DNA of 64,000 bases, taken from assembly GCA_051362555.1 (NCBI GenBank), contig CM120640.1:64334788-64398787 (forward strand), read 5' to 3'. The DNA is from Lingula anatina (taxonomy: Eukaryota; Animalia; Brachiopoda). A program made the translations under genes and the position numbers. Under the pieces are notes generated by a model, which was not told the DNA's origin, made no database searches, and saw only the letters and a program-made list of their open reading frames with translations. Below, piece by piece: positions 24,951 through 36,598 of this stretch; position 1 is the stretch's first letter; every line of letters starts with the position of its first letter.

Positions 24951-27325
24951 ATATAATTCCAATGAAGATGCTATTCAAACTTTTAATCTTCCAGTTTGAT
25001 ATATATATATTTAAAACTTATTTGCAATATTAAACAAAATTTACCTGCATAATTATCACTGCTTCCTTATTATTAATCTAGCAGAGAGCTTTACCTTTGG
25101 GAGTTTACAGGGAAATATCAACAAGTGTGCTTTACGTAATCTCATTTAATGGCCTATTAAAGCAAATGACTTTATAACTCTGAAATTAATCTAGTGATAC
25201 CCAAGGGTAATTTACAGACTGACCCACTCAAAGGTCTTCAGGCCCATAAGTCACACCTTAAGAAAAGCACAAAACCATAATGCCCAAAATAGGAGACTAC
25301 CAATCCTGATGCAATAATACATTATGTTTAACTGCACAGTCAACATCAACTTATGCACAACAGGTAACACAGACGAAAGTAAAAGCATAAGGCTCCAGGC
25401 CCATCAGAGTTCAAGTTTATACTTAGAAAGTGCCAGAATGAGAAAATGAAAATTTCACAAAAAATGCATAAATACAATAAACATGATAATCCAATAGGGC
25501 TGGTTTTCTCATGAGCTGAAGGCCAATCCTAAAAATCGTACTTGTAAGTTTAAAATTATAATAAGTGGCACAGTTTTCTTTTCATAATGTTTGCAGTAGC
25601 AGTGCAAAAAGATTGTTGTCAATTTTGATGTAACATTACATAATAAATTAGAGAATAATTATCACCAATTTTTGTTTATTGACTATAAATAGGATGGACA
25701 TGTAGAAAATATGATTACCATTTGGCTTCATGTCCATGGGAGCTCTGAGTCCCACAATGAATATGCCAAAAAGATAATGAATATTACACTAAAATGTATA
25801 ACTTCCAGAAAAAGAAGCCAATTAGACTGCTTTTCTAACTCAGGCTGCATTTTAGTCCTGTGTTTCTTTTTTGAAAGTTTGACAGTCATAAGTAACACGG
25901 TGTTCCCATAATGGTCATCAAGGCAGCAGCACCAAAAATTGTGTTTTCTTCTATTTTGATGCAACATTACATAATGCTTAACAGCATAATGACCATCGAT
26001 TTTTAATAATAAAATATAAGTGTCATGGATTTTCACAAAATGTGACTAGCATGGGTCTTCAAGCCCATGGAGGTTCTAAGTCACACCTTGGAAATGCCAA
26101 TATGTGAAAAATTAAATTTTCACAAAAAACTGTTTAATTGCCAGAAAAATTTACCAAACAGACTGCATTGCCTACTGAAGCTGTATTTTAGTCCCATGTT
26201 TCTTTCCTGTAAGTTTGAGAACAGTAAGTGACATGATTTTCCTTAAATGGTCATCATGGGAGCAGTGCCCAAAATTGGGGTTTCTTCAAATTTTGATGCA
26301 ATATTACATAATGTTTTACAGCATAATGACCATCAATTTTTAATTATAAAATATTAGTATCATGGTTATTCAGAAAATGTGACAAGCAAAAGTCTTCAGG
26401 CCCATGGAACTTCAAAGTCACATATTGAAAATGCCAAAATGTAAACAAGACAGCACTGTTCTGAAATGGGTTTATTTCCATTTTTAACACTTTTTTAACA
26501 TAAAACAAAATAAACAGTTTACTGCCATTTTTATATGACCAATGAAGAAAATTGATGAGATGGGAAAAGTATCAATAGAACAGTGTTAAATGTCCAATTT
26601 CCTCCATTCTGAGATTCTGAACATAGTGGATGAATGCATCTGACAAACTGCAATGATATGAGTTTATTTCCATTTTTGACACTTTATTACACACATGATA
26701 ACAAGTTTACCATCATTTTTAAAAAATCAACTAACAATGTTGTAAAGAGGCAGGAAATGTCAAACAAACACTTTTACGTATCTTATTAGTTCAATAATGA
26801 GACTGTTAACATGCCTAAGAATTGAATGTGAGGAAATGTGAAAAAAACAGCATAACTTCTAAAATAATGGACTGATTATGCCGATTTTCAAACTCAACCT
26901 GCGTTTTAGTAAGATTGGCCCCTCCTGTGAGTATAATGACAATTGGCCAATCTGTTTTTCTTATATTGTGTTATCAGTGTTGCATATATATTGAAAAAAG
27001 TGAAAAAACAGCATAAATTCCCTACAAGTGACCCGATCGTGCTGATTTTCGAACTTGACCTGCGTATTATGAATATTTATCAGTTCTGTAAGTTTCAAGC
27101 CAAAAGGTAAAATGGTTTTCCACTTATCGTGTTATCGGTGCTGCACATATGCTGAAAAAAGAGAAAAAATAGCCTAAATTCACAAAAAATGACCCAATCA
27201 TGCCGATTTTCAAACTTGACCTCCGTATTATGTATATTTATCAGTTCTGTAAGTTTCAAGCCAAAAGGTAAAATGGTTTTCCACTTATCATGTTATCGGT
27301 GCTGCATATATGCTGAAAAAAGAGA

Positions 27326-27758
27326 AACAAGGCAGCAAAGCTGTCAAATGTACAGACAAAGAACAGAAAATAAAGATGCAAATAAGTGAAAAATTAAATT
27401 TTCACAAAAAACTGTTAAATTGCCAGAAAAATTTACCAAACAGACTGCGTTGCCTATTGAAGCTGTATGTTAGACCCATGTTTCTTTCCTGTAAGTTTGA
27501 GAACAGTAAGTGACATGATTTCCCTTAAATGGTCATCATAGGAGCAGTGCCCAAAATAGGGGTTTCTTCAAATTTTGATGCAACATTACATAATGTTTAA
27601 CAGCATAATGACAATCAAATGTTATTAATAAAATATTAGTAACATGGACATTCAGAAAATGTGACAAGCAAAAGTCTTCAAGATCATGGAACTTTTAAGT
27701 CACACCTTGAAAATGCCAATATGTGAAAAATTAAATTTTCACAAAAAACTGTTTAACT

Positions 27759-27800
<42 letters not shown>

Positions 27801-29378
27801 AGACTGCATTGCCTACTGAAGCTGTATTTTAGTCCCATGTTTCTATCCTGTAAGTTTGAGAACAGTAAGTGACATGATTTTCCTTAAATGGTCATCATGG
27901 AAGCAGTGCCCAAAATGGGGGTTTCTTCAAATTTTGATGCAATGTTACATAATGTTTAACAGCTTAATGACCATCAATTTTTAATTATAAAATATTTGTA
28001 TCACAGATATTCAGAAAATGTGACTAGCAAAGGTCTTCAGGCCCATGGAACTTCAAAGTCACGCCTTGATAATGCCAAAATGTAAACAAGACAGCACTGT
28101 TCTGAAATGGGTTTATTTCCATTTTTAACACTTTTTTAACATAAAACAAAATAAACATTTTACTGCCATTTTTATATGTCCAACTAAGAAAATTGATGAG
28201 ATGGGAAAAGTATCAATAGAACAGTGTTAAATGTCCAATTTCCTCCATTCTGAGATTCTGAACATAGTGGATGATTGAATATGACAAACTGCAATGATAT
28301 GAGTTTATTTCCATTTTTGACACTTTATTACACAATACATGATAACAAGTTTACCATGTTTTTTACATAATCAACTAACAATGTTGTAAAGATGCAGGAA
28401 ATATCAAACAAACACTTTTAGGCATCTTATTAGTTAAATAATGAGACTGTTAACATGCCTAATAATTGAATCTGAGGAAATGTGAAAAAACAGTATAACT
28501 TCTTAAGTAATGGCCCGATTATGCTTATTTTCGAACTCAACCTGCGTTTTAGTAAGATTGACCACTCCTGTGAGTATAATTACAATTGGCCAATCCGTTT
28601 TTCTTATATTGTGTTATCAGTGTTGCATTTATATTGAAAATAGTGAAAAAACAGCATAAATTACCTAAAAGTGACCCGATCATGCTGATTTTCGAACTTG
28701 ACCTGCGTATTATGAATATTCATCAGTTCTGTAAGTTTCAAGTCAAAAGGTAAAATGGTTTTCCACTTATCGTGTTATCGGTGCTGCATATATGCTGAAA
28801 AAAGTGAAAAAACAGCATAAATTCCCTAAAAGTGACCCGATCATGCTGATTTTCGAACTTGACCTGCGTATTATGAATATTCATCAGTTCTGTAAGTTTC
28901 AAGTCAAAAGGTAAAACTGTTTTCCACTTATCGTGTTATCGGTGCTGCATACATGCTGAAAAAAGTGAAAAAACAGCATAAATTCCCTAAAAGTGACCCG
29001 ATCATGCTGATTTTCGAACTTGACCTGCGTATTATGAATATTCATCAGTTCTGTAAGTTTCAAGTCAAAAGGTAAAATGGTTTTCCACTTATCGTGTTAT
29101 CGGTGCTGCATATATGCTGAAAAGAGTGAAAAAACAGCATAAATTCCCTAAAAGTGACCCGATCATGCTGATTTTCGAACTTGACCTGCGTATTATGAAT
29201 ATTCATCAGTTCTGCAAGTTTCAAGTCAAAAGGTAAAATGGTTTTCCACTTATCGTGTTATCGGTAAAAGTGCACGGCGACGACGGCGACGACAGCGACG
29301 ACGGCGACGACAGCGACGACGGCGACGACAGACGCAGATGATGGCTATATGTACAGACACATCTGTGTCTGTACATAA
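27326..29378 (-). mobile_element. HINE family A, young complete copy inserted into another A copy
   Basis: Both termini are present; it splits the host A tract gagaaa|aaacagcat. Contains a homogeneous 161-bp array at ~28620-29265. Confidence 0.9.
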
Positions 29379-30682
29379 AAACAGCATAAATTCCATATAA
29401 GTGACCCGATCATGCTGATTTTCGAACTCGACCTGCGTATTATGAATATTCATCAGTTCTGTAAGTTTCAAGCCAAAAGAAAAAACGGTTTTCCACTTAT
29501 TGTGTTATCGGTAAAAGTGCACGGCGACGGCGACAACAATCACAGATGACGGCTATATGTACAGACACATCTGTGTCTGTACATAAAAATGATAATTTCA
29601 CGGCAAACTTTATAACCCAATCAAGCTGTGTTTCCAACATGAGCTAGACGCCCTAAGAATGATTTTTGCAAGTTACAGAATAATAAGTAACATGGTTTTC
29701 CTTAAATACTGTTTGTGATGGTGGTGCACAAAATAGTTCTTGTCACTTTTGAAGCAATATTACATTGCTCTCTGGACTGTGTTTACAACTTAAGCTGTAG
29801 TTTATTTTTAAGAATCTCTGTATAAGTTTGTGCACAATAAGTAACAGTTTTATAATGGTGTGTGTGGTGGCTGGAGGTTTCTGATGCTATATTGCATAAT
29901 GTTTAACAACATAATCACCACCAATTTTAAATGATACACTTTTAGTATCACAGATATTCAGAATATGTGACAGTGACTGGTAAAGGTTTTCAGGCCCATG
30001 GAGTTCAGTCACATTTTGAAAATGCCAATCTGCAAAAATGAACATCTCACAAAAAATGCATCATTTTCATGAATAACAATCACATCAAGCTGGTTTTCCA
30101 CCTAAAGCTGTATTTCAGTCCTATGAATATTTTCTGTAAGTTTGAGAATCATGAAAAAATTTGGTTTAATGATCATAATGGTAGTAGTGCCCTAATTAGG
30201 GTTTTCTTCAATTTTGATGCAAAATGCTTCACACCAATTTTTGATAATACAATATAGAGTGAGCAACTAGCTAGGTAATGTTCATTGCCTTATTGCATGT
30301 GAGTTCACATGGATAATGCTAAGAACCCTTTTTTAGGATATGAAAGTAGATAACACATTTTACACACCATTAATGGGGGAATACTCACAACGCCTGACTA
30401 AATTCCAAGTTTTGTAAATATAAAACAAATTTCACATTAAAATTTAACTAAAAGATTGCAAATAAATTAAAGAACTTCAAGCCATCCCTTAAATTCAATA
30501 GGATTAATGTTGAAAAAGTTCTTAATCCAAATATTTCTCAAAAATATATCACTTTTTAAAAGAAAAAAGGTCATAAGACATGTTAAAATCAAATTTTCTC
30601 CATTCTTTTCTAGTGGATGTGAGCTTTGTTGACAAATATCAAGGATAGATGTTTAAATAGCAAACGTAGAGAAAGATCTTAC

Positions 30683-30736
30683 CTAGTAACTGCAGGGGGA
30701 AGTTTGTCTTTGTCCAGCCACACAGCCATTTGGTTT
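30683..30736 (-). CDS. POLG: POLG exon (QMAVWL)
   Basis: tag|...|gtaaga, 54 nt, phase 2-2. NQMAVWLDKDKLPPAVT vs human SQMVVWLPRSALPRAVI. Confidence 0.94.
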   Translation of the reverse strand, partial: KPNGCVAGQRQTSPCSY

Positions 30737-30910
30737 CTACAAAATTTGTGAATCCATATAGTGAAATCAGTGCTGGTGTGATTATTGGGGAAAAAATTCA
30801 AGTTGGTAATTATTCCATTTCAATTGTCTACTACAAGTATAACAAAAAATTAATAGACTGAGTGTCATTTGACATAAAATTCATAGAGATTGAAACCACA
30901 TATGACTCAC

Positions 30911-31068
30911 ATAATTCTATCTCTGGAACCTTCCCAGTAAGATATCACTGGGACCATTTTCAAGACGACATCAGCATGTAGACCCATAGCAGTACCAAGA
31001 ACTCCATTCTCTACCTTGCTGTAAAAAGTTCTGGATAGGATGTTGCCAACCTTTTCATCAGGGCCATT
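30911..31068 (-). CDS. POLG: POLG exon (spacer/thumb)
   Basis: cag|...|gtgagt, 158 nt, phase 0-2. NGPDEKVGNILSRTFYSKVENGVL...VISYWEGSRDRI aligns to human DGNSCNVGSPFAKDF...ISFWRNAHKRI. Confidence 0.92.
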
Positions 31069-31243
31069 CTGTTATAAAATAATTGAAAATATTCTTCAGA
31101 CAGACAGGCAGGTATATAGATAATCAGTTCCAGCAAATGATTAAGGAAAAAGTTCGTAGTTTGGACACTGTTCAATAGACTGTTATATATCAAAGTATCT
31201 TAAAATAGGATTTTAGAATAAAAGAAGAAAATTAAATTGTTAC

Positions 31244-31345
31244 TTTGTGTGGAATCTTGAAAAACCAACAACCAGGTATATTGACTTCCTCAATTGGTCC
31301 AATTCCTTTATGCCACCATGGACCATTATCTGGGTTTGCTTTCTT
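31244..31345 (-). CDS. POLG: POLG exon ([12 protein letters not shown])
   Basis: tag|...|gtaaca, 102 nt, phase 0-0. [34 protein letters not shown] vs human [12 protein letters not shown]. Confidence 0.95.
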
Positions 31346-31500
31346 CTATATGAGAAACAAAAACACTAAGAAACATAATGCAAAATGTCATATAAAACTA
31401 ATAATAGCACTCAGAGCAACTTATTCCCACCAAATGCCAGAAGACCACAGTCACCATACTGCCGCAATGTATTTCACCACCAGTGAGATTACATCATTCA

Positions 31501-34500
31501 AACTAGAGGATCAGAGAGGCGATACCGCCTCCAAATATTGTACCACCAGCTGGAGCAAACGCATTCGTATAGACCCCCACATACACAAAATAAGGGACAC
31601 AGCCACCAGTTTTGTGCTTGACAAGCTGTAAAAATGCAATCAACAAGAATTTTTTAACTATTGCAAAAAATATATATGGTACAATCAAATTTAAGTTCTT
31701 CGTAAGGTAGGTCAAGGGTCAATTTCAAGGTCACAGTAAATTGCCAGTATATGACTTCCTATTCAAGTTCAAGAGTAACTATGGACCTATCTCTGTCAAG
31801 TTTGAAGTTAAAAGAGAAAGAAATTAGCAGAGTTCAGTTCATGATAAAAAGTAGGTCAAAGGTCAATTTCAAGGTCACACTTAGATTGCCAGTATAGGAC
31901 TTCCTATTCAACTTCAATAGTAACTATGGACCTATCTCAGCCAGTTTTGGAGATAAAAGGGAAGCAAAATTTGCAAAATTCAGTTCATGGTGAAAAGTAG
32001 GTCAAAGGTCAATTTCAAGGTCACATTTAGATTGGCAGTATATGACTTTCTATTCAAGTTCAATAGTAACTATGGACCTATCTCAGCCAGTTTTGGAGAT
32101 AAAAGGAAAGCAAAATTTGCAAAGTTCAGTTTATGGTGAAAAGTAGGTCAAAGGTCAATTTTAAGGTCACATTTAGATTGTCAGTATATGACTTCCTATT
32201 CAAGTTCAATAGTAACTACGGACATATCTCAGCCAGTTTTGGAGATAAAAGGAAAGCAAAATTTGCAAAATTCAGTTCATGGTGTAAAGTAGGTCAAAGG
32301 TCAATTTTAAGGTCACATTTAGATTGCCAGTATATGACTTTCTATTCAACTTCAATAGTAACTATGGACCAATCTCTGCCAGTTTTGGAGATAAAAGGGA
32401 AGAAAAATTTGCAAAGTTCAGTTCATGGTGAAAAGTAGGTCAAAGGTCAATTTTAAGGTCACATTTAGATTGCCAGTATATGACTTCCTATTCAAGTTCA
32501 ATAGTAACTATGGACCTATCTCAGCCAGTTTTGGAGATAAAAGGAAAGCAAAATTTGCAAAATTCAGTTCATGGTGTAAAGTAAGTCAAAGGTCAATTTT
32601 AAGGTCACATTTAGATTGCCAGTATATGACTTTCTATTCAACTTCAATAGTAACTATGGACCTATCTCTGCCAGTTTTGGAGACAAAAGGGAAGAAAAAT
32701 TTGCAAAGTTCAGTTCATGGTGAAAAGTAGGTCAAAGGTCAATTTTAAGGTCACATTTAGATTGCCAGTATATGACTTCCTATTCAAGTTCAATAGTAAC
32801 TATGGACCTATCTCAGCCAGTTTTGGAGATAAAAGGAAAGCAAAATTTGCAAAATTCAGTTCATGGTGAAAAGTAGGTCAAAGGTCAATTTTAATGTCAC
32901 ATATAGATTGCCAGTATATGACTTCCTATTCAAGTTCAATAGTAACTACGGACCTATCTCTGCCAGTTTTGGAGATAAAAGGAAAGCAAAATTTGCAAAA
33001 TTCAGTTCATGGTGTAAAGTAGGTCAAAGGTCAATTTTAAGGTCACATTTAGATTGCCAGTATATGACTTCCTATTCAATTTCAATAGTAACTACGGTCC
33101 TATCTCAGCCAGTTTTGGAGATAAAAGGAAAGCAAAATTTGCAAAATTCAGTTCATGGTGTAAAGTAGGTCAAAGGTCAATTTTAAGGTCACATTAAGAT
33201 TGCCAGTATATGACTTCTTATTCAACTTCAAGAGTAACTATGGACCTATCTCTGCCAGTTTTGGAGATAAAAGGGAAGAAAAATTTGCAAAGTTCAGTTC
33301 ATGGTGAAAAGTAGGTCAAAGGTCAATTTTAAGGTCACATTTAGATTGCCAGTATATGACTTCCTATTCAAGTTCAATAGTAACTATGGACCTATCTCTG
33401 CCAGTTTTGGAGATAAAAGGGAAGAAAAATTTGCAAAGTTCAGTTCATGGTGAAAAGTAGGTCAAAGGTCAATTTCAAGGTCATAGTAAGATTGCCAGTA
33501 TATGACTTCCTATTCAAGTTCAATAGTAACTATGGACCTTTCTCTGCCAGTTTTGGAGATATAAGGGACTAGATGTTATAATTTTGGAGTTACCATAATG
33601 TGCCTTAAATTTCGTACAGAAAAAATTAATTAAAATAAAGAAAATGTCATTTTGGTCAAAATTCTTGAAATAGGAGGTGCTCTGAAATTTCAGAAGTTCA
33701 AATTTGATGAAATAATGTCATTTTTGAACACAAGTTGTCTGCTTTGCCAAGCCTTATGTTTTATTTTTCCAGAGTTCAAAATTTATTATCCATTACCGTA
33801 CTGCACATTTTGCTTTTACCACCAATATGTACTTTTTGATACAGCGTAACTCGAAAACCGTATAGAATACAAAAAAACCGAGACCACCTCCAGTGTTGGG
33901 CTTTACATGCTCTACAAAATGCAAAAAAGAATGGGTCTCTAGCATTAACGGTTCCCGAATTAGAGACAGTTTTCAGTTTCGGTATCTTATGGCCGCTACT
34001 CCCGTGAAAATGCACCGATTGACCCCAAATTCATGGAGATGAAAGATGACCTGAAGGGTAACACTTTCCAATAATATTATTGGTTAAGTCTGTGTGGTGT
34101 CTGAATAACAGGGCAAAAAAATTTTTTTTCGTAAAAAATTTCATTTTTTTGAAAATTTTGGCCCATTTGACCTTGAAGTAGAGGTCAAAGGTCAAATCCA
34201 AGGGTATATTTGAAATATACACATATGACTTTTGGAAAGCCATCTATAGAAATTTTTCCCATAACTCCTTCCGTAGGGGAGATAATTAGCATTTAATTTT
34301 GCCATTTTTAGACAAGGGTGCATTGCAATGAGTGCCACACCCAGACCCCAATACCGACAAAGCCCAAATTTTACGTGGAACGAGTTGAGATTATAGGTGA
34401 CCTAAATCCATGAGATGGGTACGGGGGCCCTTACCGTCTAGGAGGAGAAGCGGTAACGGTAGCCGTCCGGCGGAGCCAACGGAGCCGGCGGAGCCGGCGG

Positions 34501-34559
34501 AACGATCCGGACGGGACCGAAACCATGTGTACCGCCAGCGCTAACGCTGGTGGTACAAT
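31501..34559 (-). mobile_element. HINE family B, complete uninterrupted copy (3.06 kb)
   Basis: Minus strand 5' TTGTACCACCAGCG-ttag-CGCTGGCGGTACA, a CCGGCT-type microsatellite, central array, and 3' subTIR GCTGGTGGTACAA + GAGGCG-gtat-CGCCTC hairpin + CTAG|TT. Confidence 0.92.
31705..33570. repeat. 146-bp tandem array (about 13 units) within HINE B
   Basis: aggtcaaaggtcaattt recurs every 146 bp (31853, 31999, 32145, 32291 ... 33459), with alternating variants. Confidence 0.95.
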
Positions 34560-34943
34560 TAAATGGTAGCTATGGAGGTATTGGTTTTAGTTATGTAAAA
34601 TAGGGTCTGGTAAATATGCCGACTTTATATACAAATTTTATGAGGAAAAATGGGTCAAAGGTCACATTCAAAGTCACAAGATGTATGTGACTTCCAATTC
34701 AAGTTCAATGGTAACCAAGGGTGTATCTCTGCCAGGTTTGGCAGTGAACTTTACCAGTAAAACCAACATCCTTACTAAAAACTTATCAACTGACCAATAC
34801 TTTGCTAACAAGACATGGTTATCACTTGGATGTTTCCATAAATAAAATCAATATCTTAACAAAAGGTATCAATGAACTGTAATGTCAAAATATCTAATAT
34901 GCAAAAGAACAGGTTCACACTTGAATAGGCCCAAAAAATCTAC

Positions 34944-35118
34944 CTTAGGCTTTTTGGTCTTTTTCTTCAGAGCGGCCATTTCCTGGAACAATGCCTGATT
35001 GTCCTCTCCTGACAAGTCCCTTCTCTCTACCTCTGCCCACAATTTCTCTCTCTCATCCTCTTTCAGTTCAAACTCTTTGAAAGATCCCTCAGGTGGTGGA
35101 AACATGGCCAATGCCTGC
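34944..35118 (-). CDS. POLG: POLG exon (variable spacer region)
   Basis: tttttgattcaag|...|gtagat, 175 nt, phase 2-0, bridges the flanking exons exactly. QALAMFPPPEGSFKEFELKEDEREKLWAEVERRD...KKKTKKPK; low conservation is expected here. Confidence 0.8.
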
Positions 35119-35704
35119 CTTGAATCAAAAAGAAAGTAGTGGAAATGACCATAATATTCAATGTCATTTATACATTCTGGTCCTTTCATCATGAAAACAA
35201 AAATCAATTTAACCAAATATTCATTCATAAAAGAGCTTTAGACTGCTCCTTTCTTTAAATTTTTTGTCAAAAATTTAACCTACTTTCGTGACCTATTTTT
35301 TGCCCCATTGACATACAGCATAGAATGCTAGCAAAAAAATAAGTTTCAAACATCATTTTCAGGTAATATTATACAATGCCTTTTGGTAATTCTCTTAGTT
35401 ATACTACTCTGAAACTATATGCTGGCATTTGGTTGGCTTTTGTGGCAAAAAATTGACTTTATATGCATCTTTAACATAGGAACAAAATGCTCCATTTGAC
35501 TGAATATAGCTGATAGCCACTCCCTAAGTTACATTCATTTATAGCACTGTAAGCAGCAACTTTGATATCAATATGAATTCCATACTGGACAGTGGGTACT
35601 AATATTACTATACTATTTCAGATATTTCACATAACAGAAACCCCAAACACCAGAATAAAACTGAAATGAAGAAAGATATAAACACTCTGTTCATTTTTTG
35701 TATG

Positions 35705-35802
35705 GCAAAATTCGGGCAAGCGAGTTTCCAGTTCGGGCAAGTAGATTTTGCCAGTCACTTGCCCAGAGGGCAAGTGGCTGAAAAAGTTATTGGAGAGCCC
35801 TG
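35705..35802. mobile_element. hAT-like MITE end fragment
   Basis: Repeated CGGGCAAG subterminal motifs ending in ...GGAGAGCCCTG; the other end was not found. Confidence 0.4.
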
Positions 35803-35814
35803 AAGTTGGTAATT

Positions 35815-36598
35815 TCATCTAATGATTTAACATGACTTCCATAGTAACTATACACCTATCTCTGTCATTTCGGAGTATTTCACATTTTATTTTCACCACT
35901 GAATATTGCGATGTTATAATTTTTGATATAGCATAACTCTTAAACTGTATGGAAAATAACAGACACCACCTTCAGTATTATGCTGGAAAGCTCTACAAAA
36001 TGCAACAAACAAGAGGTCTCTAGCATTTGCGGTTCCAAAATTAGAGAGAGTTTTCAGTTTCAGCATGTAATGGCTGCTTCTCCCATGATAATGAACTGAT
36101 GACCTCAATCTCATGTAGATGAAAGATGACGGTAAGTATAACACCTGCCCATAATATTATAGGTTAGGTCTGTGTAGTTTCTGAAAAGAGGCACAAAAAT
36201 TCCCGTTTTTAGAAAATTTTGGCCCATGTGACCTTGAATTAAGGTCAAATCCAAAATATTTTAAATGTACACATGACTTTCGGATAGACATCTATATTAA
36301 TTTTTTCCATAATTCCTTTAGTTTGGGAGATATTTAGTATTATATTTTTCATATTTTTTACAAGGTTGCATTGGGACGAGCAACACACCTAGACCAGTGC
36401 ACTGACCAAGCCTAAAATTTAAATGGATCTAGTTGAGATTATATGTGACCTACACCCAGGAGATGGGTACACAGGCTCTTGTAGTCTAGGAAGAGAAGCA
36501 GTAACAGTGACATGGCGGCGGGGCCCATGGAACCCAGGGAACAAGAAGGGTCAGGACTAAAGCCATGTGTACTGCCTGCACCCTGCTGGTGGCACAAT
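35815..36598 (-). mobile_element. HINE family B, old 5' fragment
   Basis: Diverged homologue of the B body with a decayed terminal hairpin (...ctggtggcacaa). Confidence 0.75.

Larger units (their letters stand above)
20064..29587 (-). mobile_element. HINE family A, complete copy hosting the LTR element, HINE D and another A copy
   Basis: Both termini are present, and the sequence rejoins collinearly with the 38025 copy when the insertions are removed. Confidence 0.85.
17568..30250 (-). mobile_element. Old, diverged HINE family A host copy (pieces at ~17568-17710, 19690-20063, 29588-30250)
   Basis: Diverged A 3' end at 17568, with A-like internal modules continuing on both sides of the younger copy. 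Confidence 0.5.

Noticed and set aside
32133-33168. Three near-identical 101-aa ORFs (MVKSRSKVNFKVTF...)
   Set aside because: Artefacts of translating the 146-bp tandem array; they recur with the repeat period and have no protein motifs.
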